From the IMG/VR virus record IMGVR_UViG_3300025450_000016: a stretch of 64,000 bases of DNA; one strand, given 5' to 3'. This DNA comes from a virus. Position numbers and translations under genes: made by a program. This document shows positions 27,548 to 37,932 of the stretch, piece after piece. Within the stretch, counting starts at the first letter, position 1; every line of letters begins with the position of its first letter. The notes beneath the pieces are model-generated. The model did not search any database and was not told where the DNA came from. It saw only the letters and a program-made list of their open reading frames with translations.

Positions 27548-27798
27548 TGTGGCCTGGATTTATTTCTAGTATGCCAATACCCGGTATGGATCAAACTTAC
27601 GACCCGTTTTATAATAGAGCTGTGTGGGCATTAAAATTTGTATGGTGGCCACGCCGCAGTGACCTGACCGGTCAGTGGATATGGTTATGTTGGGCCTATC
27701 GGGGCACAGCCGTATGGACCGGACCCGGTGATCCGGTGATTGAACATCGTTATCACGAAACGGTAGAACATCTTATTTGGCAATTGAAACGTGGATAA
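27547..27798 (+). CDS. Hypothetical Trp-rich protein
   Basis: Coupled ORF. Confidence 0.5.
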   Translation: MWPGFISSMPIPGMDQTYDPFYNRAVWALKFVWWPRRSDLTGQWIWLCWAYRGTAVWTGPGDPVIEHRYHETVEHLIWQLKRG

Positions 27799-28276
27799 CA
27801 AGAAATCAAACGTGTCCGATGGTCGTGAAAGTTTTGACATCACAGTCGGCAATACCTTGGTTGCATTTTTCAATCGCAACGTAAGCACTTACCCAACCGA
27901 AGCCGGTGGTGTTAAATTTGATCTTATTCCAGTTGAGAAACAAAAAGACATCATGGTCAATGTGGCCCGTATGTATGCTCAACAAGAATACAATCGCATC
28001 ACAGAATTGGTCGAAGTGCTGCAACGTCAGGCTGCAGAACTGAAACGGCGATTAGATATTACCGACATGGTACACGCCGCTAAATACGAGTTCCAAGTCT
28101 ACCACGGCCAAACGTATTGGCTGGTTTACGAACACAACAAGCAAGGAACCAGATTAACCCACTTAGGGCCACACGATTGGTCTACTGGCGCACCTGCCGA
28201 CTATGAATATATTTGTCAGGTTAAGTGGTTGGGTGATTACACCTGGATAGAAGTACCCGAAGAGGACGTAAAATAA
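27791..28276 (+). CDS. DUF2452-like protein
   Basis: YPTEAG...AKYEF....GQTYWL...L.P.DW...D.TW pattern. Confidence 0.55.
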   Translation: MDNKKSNVSDGRESFDITVGNTLVAFFNRNVSTYPTEAGGVKFDLIPVEKQKDIMVNVARMYAQQEYNRITELVEVLQRQAAELKRRLDITDMVHAAKYEFQVYHGQTYWLVYEHNKQGTRLTHLGPHDWSTGAPADYEYICQVKWLGDYTWIEVPEEDVK

Positions 28277-28277
28277 T

Positions 28278-29447
28278 ATGGGAAATTTATTATTCATCAT
28301 AGCCGCAATGGTGTTTGTGCCGTGGCTAATATTAAAGGTAACAAGATTAGAAAAGTGGGTACCGTTGCCAATGGCACAAATTGCATTTGGTATTTGTATG
28401 GGCCCAAGTGCGCTAGGACAGTTCTATCCCGAGTTGTTCAGCACAGTCTTTACACAACCAATCAACACAGGCCTAGATGCTATTCAAATTTTAGCAATTA
28501 CCGTGTTTGCATTCATTGCCGGCATTGATCTTAAACCCAAGGAAGTTTTAGCACAAGAAGGTAACAGTATTTGGACACAGTCGTTCCAGGTTATTATTGT
28601 TCCTATCTTGTTAGCCGGTACTGCTTTTATGTTGTTCTTCGACAATCCAGTCTGGCATACCACCGAACGGCCATTTTGGCAATATGCCTGGGGTATGGGT
28701 GTAGCCACTTGTATTACTGCTATGCCAATGTTGGTTATTGCTTGTAAAGAACTTGGTATGTGGCCAAGTAAGATGGGGCATAAATTATTAGCCCTTGTTA
28801 CATTTGATGATTTAGTGCTATGGGTCACTGTTGCTGTTATTGTTAGTATGGGCAAATATGCCGTCTATTCTAGCATTTTCTTTGCTGTGGTTGCTGTGCT
28901 ATATTTTATCTGGCCAAAGATTTTAGAACTTGTTGGCGAAAAATCATATGCTAATTTAACTGTTGCGTTAGTATTATCTATGGCAGCATTTAGTCATTGG
29001 GCTGGACTACATTACGTATTAGGTGCTTTCTTGGCAGGTATGATTACACCACGAAATACAGTTAAATGGAATGAAGGTATGGCCACACAACAAATGGTCT
29101 GGTTAATGCCTGTGTTCTTTATCTGGTCTGGATTAAAAACAAATTGGACATTGGACTTTGGTGTTATCCTAGTAGGTGCTATTGGTATGTACATAATTGC
29201 TGTTGGGACAAAGTTTGTTGGTGTTTGGTTGGCCTACAAGGATCAAGGTATGCGAATTGTGTTCTTTAAAACTGCACTACTACAAAACAAAGGCCTAATG
29301 GAAATCTTCTTGGTAACTATGTTGTTGACTGCCGGTGTCATTAGTGTTAATATGTTTGCAGCCGTGGTTATTATGAGTGTAATCAGTACTGTTAGTGCTG
29401 TGCCATTGGCTAGAATGTTTTATGATCCAACAGTGGATAACAAATAA
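28278..29447 (+). CDS. Cation:proton antiporter (CPA2/Na+/H+ exchanger family)
   Basis: About 12 TM segments; GPSALG, ITAMP, FDD, LGAFLAG, PVFFIWSGL, KGLMEI. Confidence 0.85.
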   Translation: MGNLLFIIAAMVFVPWLILKVTRLEKWVPLPMAQIAFGICMGPSALGQFYPELFSTVFTQPINTGLDAIQILAITVFAFIAGIDLKPKEVLAQEGNSIWTQSFQVIIVPILLAGTAFMLFFDNPVWHTTERPFWQYAWGMGVATCITAMPMLVIACKELGMWPSKMGHKLLALVTFDDLVLWVTVAVIVSMGKYAVYSSIFFAVVAVLYFIWPKILELVGEKSYANLTVALVLSMAAFSHWAGLHYVLGAFLAGMITPRNTVKWNEGMATQQMVWLMPVFFIWSGLKTNWTLDFGVILVGAIGMYIIAVGTKFVGVWLAYKDQGMRIVFFKTALLQNKGLMEIFLVTMLLTAGVISVNMFAAVVIMSVISTVSAVPLARMFYDPTVDNK

Positions 29448-29456
29448 GGAGTAAAT

Positions 29457-29858
29457 ATGGGATTGTTAGATCGTTTTACAAAGAAACCGGTAGTGGAGGA
29501 AAAACCCAAAGCCGAAGCTGAACCTAAACCTAAGAAAAAGTCTGCCAAGGAATTGGCTACAGAAAAAGGCGAACCTTATGTGGCCATTCTCAGTGTAGAA
29601 CTAGATCCTGAGAATATTGGCAACGGTGCATTTGAACTGGACTGGAATGACAAGTTTATTACCAATCTGGTACGTGCCGGGTATCAGCTCAAGGCTGGCG
29701 AAGCAGAAAATGTCATTGTGGATCGTTGGTTTGCTGAGGTATGTAAGAATGTGTTGGCAGAAAACTTTGAACAATGGGAAGCTAACCAGCCAATGGAGGC
29801 CAGACCACGCAATATAGATCGTAGAGATCTAGGTGACGGACGTACCGAAGTATCGTGA
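29457..29858 (+). CDS. Hypothetical phage protein
   Basis: AAGGAG RBS; FELDWN motif. Confidence 0.6.
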   Translation: MGLLDRFTKKPVVEEKPKAEAEPKPKKKSAKELATEKGEPYVAILSVELDPENIGNGAFELDWNDKFITNLVRAGYQLKAGEAENVIVDRWFAEVCKNVLAENFEQWEANQPMEARPRNIDRRDLGDGRTEVS

Positions 29859-30541
29859 TTGTGTATGTCAATGGCGACAGTCATAGTGCTGGAGCCCAAG
29901 CGGTAAATCCTTATTGTTTTGCCAACGACGATGCGTTGTATGTGGGTCTTGGGCGTCAAGCACACCCAGATAATTTACGTGTCAGCTACGGGTGCGAAAT
30001 AGCCAACAAATTAAACGCAATGTTAGACTGCGATGCCGAATCGGCCAGCAGTAATGCTAGAATTATACGCACCACCAGAGACTATTTAAAAAACAATAGT
30101 CCAGATTTAATTATCATTGGGTGGTCCAATTGGACCAGAGAAGAATATCTGTATGACGGAATTTACTGGCAAATTGCCGGCGTCGGAGTAGGTCTTGATT
30201 GGCCAGCAGCTGTGGTTGAATGGCATCGGGATTGGGTGATAAATAATAATTATAATCAACGAGTAATCGAATCCCACAATGCCATATGGGAATTTCATCA
30301 AGAGCTTGAACACATACCCCATTTATTTTTTAATTGTTACGATACATTTACTCAAGTGCCCAAACGTGATTGGGGCGACAGCTATGTTGGTCCATATGAC
30401 CATGAGTTGACCTATCGTGCTTGGCTAAACAATCGAGGATTTCAAACAGTCAATCCAGGATCGCATCATTACGGAGCAGATGCACACAGGGCCTGGGCAG
30501 AATTTTTATATACAAATTATGATATTATATGTAAACGGTGA
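29855..30541 (+). CDS. SGNH-like protein, tandem copy 1
   Basis: NGDSHSAG, SSNARI, IIGWS, HYGADAHRAWA. Confidence 0.7.
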   Translation: MIVYVNGDSHSAGAQAVNPYCFANDDALYVGLGRQAHPDNLRVSYGCEIANKLNAMLDCDAESASSNARIIRTTRDYLKNNSPDLIIIGWSNWTREEYLYDGIYWQIAGVGVGLDWPAAVVEWHRDWVINNNYNQRVIESHNAIWEFHQELEHIPHLFFNCYDTFTQVPKRDWGDSYVGPYDHELTYRAWLNNRGFQTVNPGSHHYGADAHRAWAEFLYTNYDIICKR

Positions 30542-31235
30542 CAGCCATAGTGCTGGTTCAGAATTGGTTCACATCAAAGGACGTTATTTGATAGCACGTG
30601 AAACCGACGATGACGATTGGCAAGTGATTGGCGAATCTCGGGGTCGAGATCCGCACCCAGAATGTGTACAACGCAGTTACGGCAAGCTGTTGGCCGATCG
30701 TATTGGCGCCAAATTTGTGTGTGATGCTGTTTCAGCCAGCAGTAACGATCGCATACTTAGAACCACTCGAGAATACCTCAAACACAATCGTCCCGATTCG
30801 ATCATCATTGGATGGAGCACTTGGGAAAGAGAAGAATGGTTTCACGAAGGCACACAGCAATGGTGGCAAATCAATGGTGGCGGCGTTGGGTTTGATTGGC
30901 CTACCGAATTCAAAGAACGTTATAAACAATACGTGTTAAAAATTGACCACAAAAAATCAATGGAGATTGCCCACACTCAAATTTGGCAGTTGCACCAGGA
31001 GCTCGATCAATTGGATATTCCGCATTTGTTTTTTAACACTTACAGTTGGTTTGATAAAGAAGATCACCTAGATTGGGAGGGTCATTACTTTGAGCCGTAT
31101 TCCAAGCAATTTACCTATTTTGAATGGTTGCGACTTCGTGGATTTCAGCGAGTGACCCCAGATTCTTACCACTATGGGCCGGACGCTCACCGCGCCTGGG
31201 CTGATTTTTTATATCAAAACTACTTCAACAAATGA
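30519..31235 (+). CDS. SGNH-like protein, tandem copy 2
   Basis: Start MILYVNGDSHSAG; HYGPDAHRAWA. Confidence 0.7.
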   Translation: MILYVNGDSHSAGSELVHIKGRYLIARETDDDDWQVIGESRGRDPHPECVQRSYGKLLADRIGAKFVCDAVSASSNDRILRTTREYLKHNRPDSIIIGWSTWEREEWFHEGTQQWWQINGGGVGFDWPTEFKERYKQYVLKIDHKKSMEIAHTQIWQLHQELDQLDIPHLFFNTYSWFDKEDHLDWEGHYFEPYSKQFTYFEWLRLRGFQRVTPDSYHYGPDAHRAWADFLYQNYFNK

Positions 31236-31972
31236 TCCTGTACATAAACGGCGACAGCCATAGTGTTGGTGCAGAATTGGTACACAACCACAAAGGTGTA
31301 TTAAAAGAACTAGACGACGTTACTGGCCAGTATCAGAGACTGCAAGGCAGCATCTTAGGAAAGAATGTTCACACTGAATGCATCAAACGCAGTTACGGTC
31401 AACATCTGGCCAATCAACTGGGTGCCAATTTGGTGTGCGAAGCCCAATCAGGTGGTAGCAACGCCAGGATCATACGCACCACCAGAGAATATCTCAAACA
31501 TACACAGCCTGATCTTATCATAATTGGTTGGAGTCCGTTTGAGCGAGAAGAGTGGTTGCACGATGGCGTTTATTATCAGGTGTCTGGCGGAGGTACCAAA
31601 ACCGTACCAGCCGATCTAGCTGATCGGTATCGACAATGGGTAATCGATCAGCCCAGGCCCGAAATTATCAATGCCAAAACTCTAGCATTGCACCAAGAAA
31701 TTTTTCAGTTTCATCAAGAATTAGCCGACGCAAAAATACCACATTTGTTTTTTAATACATTTAACAGTTTTGAATTTGTGCCTAATATTGGTGGAACTCA
31801 GCTGGATTGGGGTAGACATTTTGTTGATCCTTACAGTGAATCAATGACCTATTGTGTGTGGCTAAAAACCCACAGTTACCAAACTGTTTCGCCCGGCAGT
31901 ATGCATTTTGGGCCATCTGCACACAAGGCCTGGGCTGATTTTTTGTACCAAAATTACTTTAAAAACGATTGA
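31232..31972 (+). CDS. SGNH-like protein, tandem copy 3
   Basis: MILYINGDSHSVG; HFGPSAHKAWA. Confidence 0.7.
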   Translation: MILYINGDSHSVGAELVHNHKGVLKELDDVTGQYQRLQGSILGKNVHTECIKRSYGQHLANQLGANLVCEAQSGGSNARIIRTTREYLKHTQPDLIIIGWSPFEREEWLHDGVYYQVSGGGTKTVPADLADRYRQWVIDQPRPEIINAKTLALHQEIFQFHQELADAKIPHLFFNTFNSFEFVPNIGGTQLDWGRHFVDPYSESMTYCVWLKTHSYQTVSPGSMHFGPSAHKAWADFLYQNYFKND

Positions 31973-31997
31973 CCTTAAATGAATAATATGCTATTAT
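31969..31997 (+). promoter_or_regulatory. Sigma70 promoter of rnh-like gene
   Basis: TTGACC-17 nt-TATTAT. Confidence 0.55.
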
Positions 31998-32003
31998 TAT
32001 GTT

Positions 32004-32999
32004 ATGAGATATCTAATTGTTGACACAGCCAATACATTTTTTCGTGCTAGACATAGTGCCCATCGTCAGAGTGACACGTGGGACAAACTAGGTTTTGCTA
32101 TTCACGTGACTCTTGCCAGTGTTAATAAATGCTGGAGAGATCAAAAAGCTGATCACGTTATTTTTTGTTTGGAAGGACGTAGCTGGCGCAAAGATCATTA
32201 CGAGCCCTACAAGAAAAACCGTGCAGTTGCCCGTGCCGCACTCACAGAAAAAGAAGCCGAAGAAGATCGATTGTTTTGGGAAACCTTCGACAATCTCAAA
32301 GACTTTTTAAGTACCAAAACCAATTGTACTGTATTGCAACACCCCAATTTAGAAGCAGATGATCTAGTGGCTGGATGGATTCAAAGTCATCCCGAGGATC
32401 ATCACACCATTGTCAGTAGCGACACCGACTTTCACCAGTTACTGGCCGACAACGTAAATCAATATAACGGAATTGCAGATGAGCTCCACACTATTCAAGG
32501 TATTTTCGACAAAAAAGGTAAGGCAGTCATCGATAAAAAAACTAAGGAAGCAAAAACAATTCCGGATCCTAAGTGGATACTTTTCGAAAAGTGTATGCGA
32601 GGAGATCCAACCGACAATATCTTTTCGGCGTACCCCGGGGTCCGCAAAGTGGGAAGTAAAAATAAAGTGGGACTTGCAGAGGCATTTGCCGACAAAGATT
32701 CGAAAGGCTTTGCTTGGAACAACCTAATGCTACAGCGTTGGACCGACCACAACGGCGTGGAACATCGTGTCTTGGATGACTACAATCGCAATCGTGTGCT
32801 GGTAGATCTTACAGCACAGCCCGATGACGTCAAAGTTAAAATTGCTGAAACCATTGCGTCTGGTAGTGTTCCACTCAATCGTCCAATGGTAGGAGCTCAG
32901 TTTTTGAAGTTTTGTGGCAAGTATGATCTGATCAAAATGTCAGAGCAAGCTGATGGTTTTGTTAAATTTTTAGAAGCACCGTATCCGGAGAACGTATGA
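32004..32999 (+). CDS. rnh: T4 RNase H-like 5'-3' exonuclease (FEN/PIN fold)
   Basis: LIVD, SWRK...YKKNR, EADD, SSDTDFHQL, GDPTDNI. Confidence 0.88.
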   Translation: MRYLIVDTANTFFRARHSAHRQSDTWDKLGFAIHVTLASVNKCWRDQKADHVIFCLEGRSWRKDHYEPYKKNRAVARAALTEKEAEEDRLFWETFDNLKDFLSTKTNCTVLQHPNLEADDLVAGWIQSHPEDHHTIVSSDTDFHQLLADNVNQYNGIADELHTIQGIFDKKGKAVIDKKTKEAKTIPDPKWILFEKCMRGDPTDNIFSAYPGVRKVGSKNKVGLAEAFADKDSKGFAWNNLMLQRWTDHNGVEHRVLDDYNRNRVLVDLTAQPDDVKVKIAETIASGSVPLNRPMVGAQFLKFCGKYDLIKMSEQADGFVKFLEAPYPENV

Positions 33000-33772
33000 A
33001 AAAACTGCTAGTGTCAATTTTATTGTTAACCAGTGCCGGTGTTTATGCACAGCACGATGTTGATTTTTATAAAAGCCACAATCCCAGTGTACCAAGCGAA
33101 GTAACGGCCAGGGATTATGCTCCAGATCATTATATTGATACTGCCCGTTACCCTGATGGTGACAAAATTGATTATGTGTTGACTGAGTATCCGGGTGCAA
33201 AACCCAAGTATGCTATCATTGTAATGCCTGGCGGCAACGGCACAATTGGATTGCAAAAAGAAGAAGATGGTCGTATTTTTTTCAGTGCCAAAGGTAATTT
33301 TTTAGTTCGTGCCAGATTGTTGTTTGCTGATCAGGAAACTGTGGCAGTGGTAACAGATCGAGGCGGCAGCGCCAACCGTATGCGGGGCATTGTGGCAGAT
33401 TTACAAAATCGTTATCCCGGTATCAAGGTGTACATTGCCGGGACCAGCTACAGCACAAAAGACACACTATACTATGCCAATAAAATGGATGGAGAAGTTG
33501 CCGGATTTATACACACTTCATCGGTCGGGGCCATTGACGGGCGTGGCTTAAAAAGCAGAAATCTTGTTGTTGGACACATCTACGACAGTTGCCGTTGGAC
33601 CAGTGGCCCAAATTCTGTGCGTGAAGCACAGCGTTACGGCACAGATGCTGTCATGATGGAAGGTGGCTACAACAGTGGAGACGAATGTGGACCTTGGTCC
33701 AATCACGGGTTCCTGGGTATCGAAAAAGAAACAGTGGCATCAATCAAAGAATGGATGAAAAAAGGATCATAG
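32996..33772 (+). CDS. Exported alpha/beta hydrolase-like protein
   Basis: Signal peptide; MPGGNG oxyanion loop, AGTSYS elbow, D..C, HGFLG. Confidence 0.6.
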   Translation: MKKLLVSILLLTSAGVYAQHDVDFYKSHNPSVPSEVTARDYAPDHYIDTARYPDGDKIDYVLTEYPGAKPKYAIIVMPGGNGTIGLQKEEDGRIFFSAKGNFLVRARLLFADQETVAVVTDRGGSANRMRGIVADLQNRYPGIKVYIAGTSYSTKDTLYYANKMDGEVAGFIHTSSVGAIDGRGLKSRNLVVGHIYDSCRWTSGPNSVREAQRYGTDAVMMEGGYNSGDECGPWSNHGFLGIEKETVASIKEWMKKGS

Positions 33773-33937
33773 TATGAACAGTATTCAACGTTGGTATAGA
33801 AATAATTATGTAGAAATCACCTGGTTTATCATTGGCTGGTTGAGTCTAGATGCCTTGCGCGAATTTGCAGTGGGCAACTGGGGCGGTGTTTCTTTTGACC
33901 TGGCATTTATTGCACTCAATTATTTTTTAAGTCGTAA

Positions 33938-34138
33938 ATGAGTAAAAGTAAACTTAAAGAAACTGTGTTGATTTGGACTGCCTTGCTGATCCTAGGTGGA
34001 TCCTTGGGTGGCTTGATCTACGGCATCAACGCCACTTTGCCACACGAAGTTGGATATGATTGTCGCTTGGCAGAAATTAGCCCTGACATACCAGTCAAGG
34101 TCAAAGAAGAATGTAGAAAACAAAGGATGGTAAAATAA
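33938..34138 (+). CDS. Small membrane protein
   Basis: TM helix then YDCRLAEISPD.P...KEEC. Confidence 0.5.
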   Translation: MSKSKLKETVLIWTALLILGGSLGGLIYGINATLPHEVGYDCRLAEISPDIPVKVKEECRKQRMVK

Positions 34139-34536
34139 TGTTAGATTGTTTGATCATGGGCGACAGTATCGCCAAAGGTGTAAGTGACATACGAACCGAA
34201 TGTGTAGCGTATGTGAAGTCCGGAATCAACAGTCGTAACTGGCTCAATGCCAATGTTGGCAAAAGTCCATACCTGGCAAAAAATGTCATTATCAGCCTTG
34301 GCTCCAATGATCTGTCAGATACCAATACTTTAGAAGAGTTGCGTACCATTAGACGGTTGACACAGGCCAATCGAGTGTATTGGATTATGCCAAGCATCAA
34401 GCCGGGAGTTATGCAGGCTGTTGCTGTGGTGGCAAAAGAAAACGGAGACACCGTATTAACTGGAGCACCAAGGAGCGCCGACGGCGTACATCCAACTTAC
34501 GCTGGATATAAAAAAATTGCAGAGGAAACAAAATGA
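34138..34536 (+). CDS. Minimal SGNH/GDSL hydrolase
   Basis: GDSIAKG, SLGSND, DGVHP: complete SGNH blocks. Confidence 0.8.
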   Translation: MLDCLIMGDSIAKGVSDIRTECVAYVKSGINSRNWLNANVGKSPYLAKNVIISLGSNDLSDTNTLEELRTIRRLTQANRVYWIMPSIKPGVMQAVAVVAKENGDTVLTGAPRSADGVHPTYAGYKKIAEETK

Positions 34537-35009
34537 CCGAACTGATAGCAAAACCCATAGTAAAAAATAAAATGTGGATCGTAGAAGATTCCGGCCGCAA
34601 AGTTGGAAACATAATGGCCATTGAAGAAGGCGGCTTTGTTTATGTTCACGACAATCAACGTGAAATGTTTTCCACAATCAAACTGTTGAGTAAAAAATAC
34701 AATATCGAATTTGCCAAGGCAGAAAAAGTCAAGAAAGAAAAACAAGATGTATATGATGTTTACGGATTCCCTACTAATAGTCGACCACACAATCAGGTCT
34801 TGGATGTACAACGCTATCTTCCAATTTACACAAAAGGTGCAAAGTCAAAGAGCTTTTTCTGTGCTGGCTACTACATTATCAAATTCTCTAGTACTTGGGT
34901 TCGTGCATATTGTCCAAAACTTATTACGTTGAATCGTTACGAATATCAAGGTCCTTTCAAGACTCAAGACCGTATGATAGAATCAATGAAAGAGGCAAAT
35001 GGACAATAA
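34533..35009 (+). CDS. Hypothetical phage protein
   Basis: Coupled ORF, 158 aa. Confidence 0.6.
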   Translation: MTELIAKPIVKNKMWIVEDSGRKVGNIMAIEEGGFVYVHDNQREMFSTIKLLSKKYNIEFAKAEKVKKEKQDVYDVYGFPTNSRPHNQVLDVQRYLPIYTKGAKSKSFFCAGYYIIKFSSTWVRAYCPKLITLNRYEYQGPFKTQDRMIESMKEANGQ

Positions 35010-35214
35010 CTTATCTTTTCATATCAAATTGTTCAACGACCGAGTAAGAACAATGAATCAAAGCAATGGCAAATTATTGACCTTAAATGCACAGGAAGCT
35101 AGAAGTTTACACGCTGAAATTTACGATTTGATGGCCACAATTTCCAGTTTAAGCAAGACTCAGGACAGCTCAATTGTCGGTGTCAGCATCAATATGGACG
35201 GCGGTGGTTTTTAA
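34999..35214 (+). CDS. Hypothetical phage protein
   Basis: GAGG RBS; ends MDGGGF. Confidence 0.55.
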   Translation: MDNNLSFHIKLFNDRVRTMNQSNGKLLTLNAQEARSLHAEIYDLMATISSLSKTQDSSIVGVSINMDGGGF

Positions 35215-35263
35215 AGTGCGTATATTAAGAAGATAAATAAAGTGTAGATCAAGGATATATGAA

Positions 35264-35551
35264 ATGAGTCGACCAAAGCCAACGGTGTTGTTGGACCACG
35301 TAAATAAAACTACTTATAAAAGCGAACAGGTGCTGAGTTCTGAAGGCATCTGGGCAGTCTTTTATGATAACCAACCTATCAATCTAAAGACTCATAATAT
35401 TTTAGTTGCATACCCAGGACCAAAATACAAAAAAGTTTCTTTCAGTAATCCAGGACACGCCATCAACTTGGCCAAAAAATTAAACGTTCTTTTCAAGACC
35501 GACAAGTTCACTGTGGTGCTGTTACGTGCCGGTGACCAAATCTACCCCTAA
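35264..35551 (+). CDS. Hypothetical phage protein
   Basis: ATAAATA 35233-39 and AAGGA RBS upstream. Confidence 0.6.
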   Translation: MSRPKPTVLLDHVNKTTYKSEQVLSSEGIWAVFYDNQPINLKTHNILVAYPGPKYKKVSFSNPGHAINLAKKLNVLFKTDKFTVVLLRAGDQIYP

Positions 35552-35927
35552 GCGTTATACTCAACGCCAACTCACAAAAATATTTTGCCAGCAGGCCAAT
35601 GTGCCTATTGCTCAGACTACCGAGATGCAGCAACGCTGGTGGAAAAATCCCACAGATGCCAACAGTCTTAGACTGACTTTGCAAGGCTTACAGTTTGTCA
35701 AGGCTGTTCTCAAATTGACCAGTTACGAGTTTCCACTTCGAGACGAACTTACCAATCACAATCTTCTTCAATTGGAACGTGTGTTCAAAGGTATGTACTA
35801 TCTGCTGAAGAGACAAAAGTTAATTGTATTTGAGGAAGAGGAGGCCACAATGTTGACTTTGTACGGCAACGACCTTCGAGGCTATTTAGAAAACCTTGAA
35901 CAAAATCAGGAGCCTGATCAAAACTGA
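35526..35927 (+). CDS. Hypothetical phage protein; last gene of the + strand block
   Basis: Converges on and overlaps the - strand block. Confidence 0.55.
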   Translation: MPVTKSTPKRYTQRQLTKIFCQQANVPIAQTTEMQQRWWKNPTDANSLRLTLQGLQFVKAVLKLTSYEFPLRDELTNHNLLQLERVFKGMYYLLKRQKLIVFEEEEATMLTLYGNDLRGYLENLEQNQEPDQN

Positions 35928-36886
35928 TCTAAGAAGTCTTGTGCAAGGAACCAGTCCAAGTAAGCAGGAATACCTTGTTCGATATCAACTGTAGGACGCC
36001 AATTGGTCATCTCAACCATACGACTACTGTCTAAGGTATCGCGGTTGGGATAAAAAGCATCGTGTGGTTCTACAACAATCTCTGCGGGAATACGAGCACG
36101 TACCAGTTCAGCGGCTTCAATAATCTTGCGTCCATTGTTACGAGTGCAGTTAAAGATTTGATTGGCTGCATTGGGATTGACAGCAGCTTCGGCAAACGCA
36201 CTGGCTACATCAGTGACATAACTAAAGTCCAATTTATTGTCTGGGCCATTAACAATCATCTGACCAGTCTTGAGTGCAGCCACAGTCATTTTACTAATAA
36301 CACGCACTACCATATCTCTTGTGCCATACAATGCGCTTGGACGCAGAATAGAATATTCTATACCGTGTTCTTTATTCCAAATCTTACACATACGTTCGCA
36401 TTGTAGTTTATAGCTACCATACAAGGTCAGTGGATTACATACCGCATCTTCATTGGGCGCACCGTCAAATGCATCGAAGTCTCCGTAGACCATTGAGCTC
36501 GATGCCAATACAAAACGCTTGACCTCATACTTGACACATAGATCCAAGGCAATAGCAGTGGCCGCTACCATATTGGTTGTGGCATCCACTACATTCTTCT
36601 TGACCATCTTGGCATTGGGATATGTAGCAAGATCAATAACCACATCAGGTCTGGCAGCATCGAATACAGCGTTCATAAATGTAGCATCACATACATCACC
36701 TTGGTAGTGACAATGAGCACCCATATAACTGATACGCTGATCCATAACCGGTTCGTATTCCCACGGTTGGTATTCGCCGTAGTTATGATGTAGGTCAACT
36801 GTGTGTATTTCGTGTCCCGATTCCAACAGTTGACGAGCTGTATGATGCCCAATAAATCCGTGCCCGCCCAATATTAATATTTTCAT
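35918..36886 (-). CDS. NAD-dependent epimerase/dehydratase
   Basis: GGHGFIG, SSSMVYG, YGSYK, RPSALYG. Confidence 0.88.
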   Translation of the reverse strand: MKILILGGHGFIGHHTARQLLESGHEIHTVDLHHNYGEYQPWEYEPVMDQRISYMGAHCHYQGDVCDATFMNAVFDAARPDVVIDLATYPNAKMVKKNVVDATTNMVAATAIALDLCVKYEVKRFVLASSSMVYGDFDAFDGAPNEDAVCNPLTLYGSYKLQCERMCKIWNKEHGIEYSILRPSALYGTRDMVVRVISKMTVAALKTGQMIVNGPDNKLDFSYVTDVASAFAEAAVNPNAANQIFNCTRNNGRKIIEAAELVRARIPAEIVVEPHDAFYPNRDTLDSSRMVEMTNWRPTVDIEQGIPAYLDWFLAQDFLDQF

Positions 36887-37932
36887 TTTAATGCCTTTAC
36901 AATACGCTCAACTTCGGCGTCAGTTAGTGTGTGTTGATTTGGTACTGTAAAACTGATAGATTTTAGTCTATCGCTTACAGGAAAAGATCGTTTTGTAGTG
37001 TAGAGAGATTCGTCATTGACTGTATGGCGATAATGCACAGCAGCGCCAATACCTTGACTGTTTAAGTTATTTACTCGTTCGTCACGATCTTCTGCTTGAA
37101 ATACCAACTTGTGGTAGGTATTTTTCATTAATCCGGTAGAATCGTTGGCTGATTTTAAATTGCAATTGGTTCTTATATACTCGCTGATTCGGGTACGGCG
37201 TTCCTGCCAGTTTTGGGAATATTTAAGTCCTACCAGTACTGCGGCCACTTCCATGGTGCTCATTATGCTGTTTAACCCGGCACCCACAGCCACATCATCG
37301 TTTCGTAATTTACCGTGAATACGTAAACGTCTAGCCAAATTGGCCATGTCCTCATTGTCAGTCAATAATGCACCGCCCGATCCCCAACTAGAAATAGTTT
37401 TGCTGGGACTGAAGCTGACACAACTTATCAGACCTTTTTTAGCACTCCAGCTTTCCCAATCGTGGCTTTCTAAACTTTGAGCAGCATCATTGACAATGGG
37501 CATACTTAACCGAGTTAAGCTGTGCCAATCACTCATATTACCAAAAAGGTCAACTGGCACTACTGCATCTACCTTGCCAATTTTGGATACATCAATGGTG
37601 TAGTTTTCTGTCACATCAATTGGAACTACTTGGTAGCCTGCTCTAGCAACGGCGTGTGCAGTGGCGGTAAATGTGTAATTACCCACAGCTACTCGTGCAT
37701 TTCGCGGCAGTTTCAGTGCCTGCAGAGCCAGGTCTAATGCGTCAGTACAGCTACCCGTCACTACGCAATATTTTCTATCGTACCGACGGCACAGTTCGGC
37801 TTCCAGTAACTGTGCAGGCTCACCATTTTGGGCAATACCTTGCTGATGATATCGATCAGTTAACTCAAATACTTCATCACGAATCTGAGCCCAGGCTCGG
37901 TCGGTTTGGAATAGTGCAATCTTATCTGACAT
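36883..37932 (-). CDS. DegT/DnrJ/EryC1/StrS sugar aminotransferase
   Basis: SCTDAL, DAAQS, SFSPSKTISSWGSGG; start taken as MSDKI. Confidence 0.88.
   Translation of the reverse strand: MSDKIALFQTDRAWAQIRDEVFELTDRYHQQGIAQNGEPAQLLEAELCRRYDRKYCVVTGSCTDALDLALQALKLPRNARVAVGNYTFTATAHAVARAGYQVVPIDVTENYTIDVSKIGKVDAVVPVDLFGNMSDWHSLTRLSMPIVNDAAQSLESHDWESWSAKKGLISCVSFSPSKTISSWGSGGALLTDNEDMANLARRLRIHGKLRNDDVAVGAGLNSIMSTMEVAAVLVGLKYSQNWQERRTRISEYIRTNCNLKSANDSTGLMKNTYHKLVFQAEDRDERVNNLNSQGIGAAVHYRHTVNDESLYTTKRSFPVSDRLKSISFTVPNQHTLTDAEVERIVKALK

Noticed and set aside
29855-31972. Diversity-generating retroelement TR/VR pair
   Set aside because: Differences are not adenine-specific, the repeats are whole paralogous genes, and no reverse transcriptase is in the window
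35900-35940. Replication terminus or recombination site at the strand switch
   Set aside because: Only overlapping convergent stop regions; no dif-like site or repeat recognised
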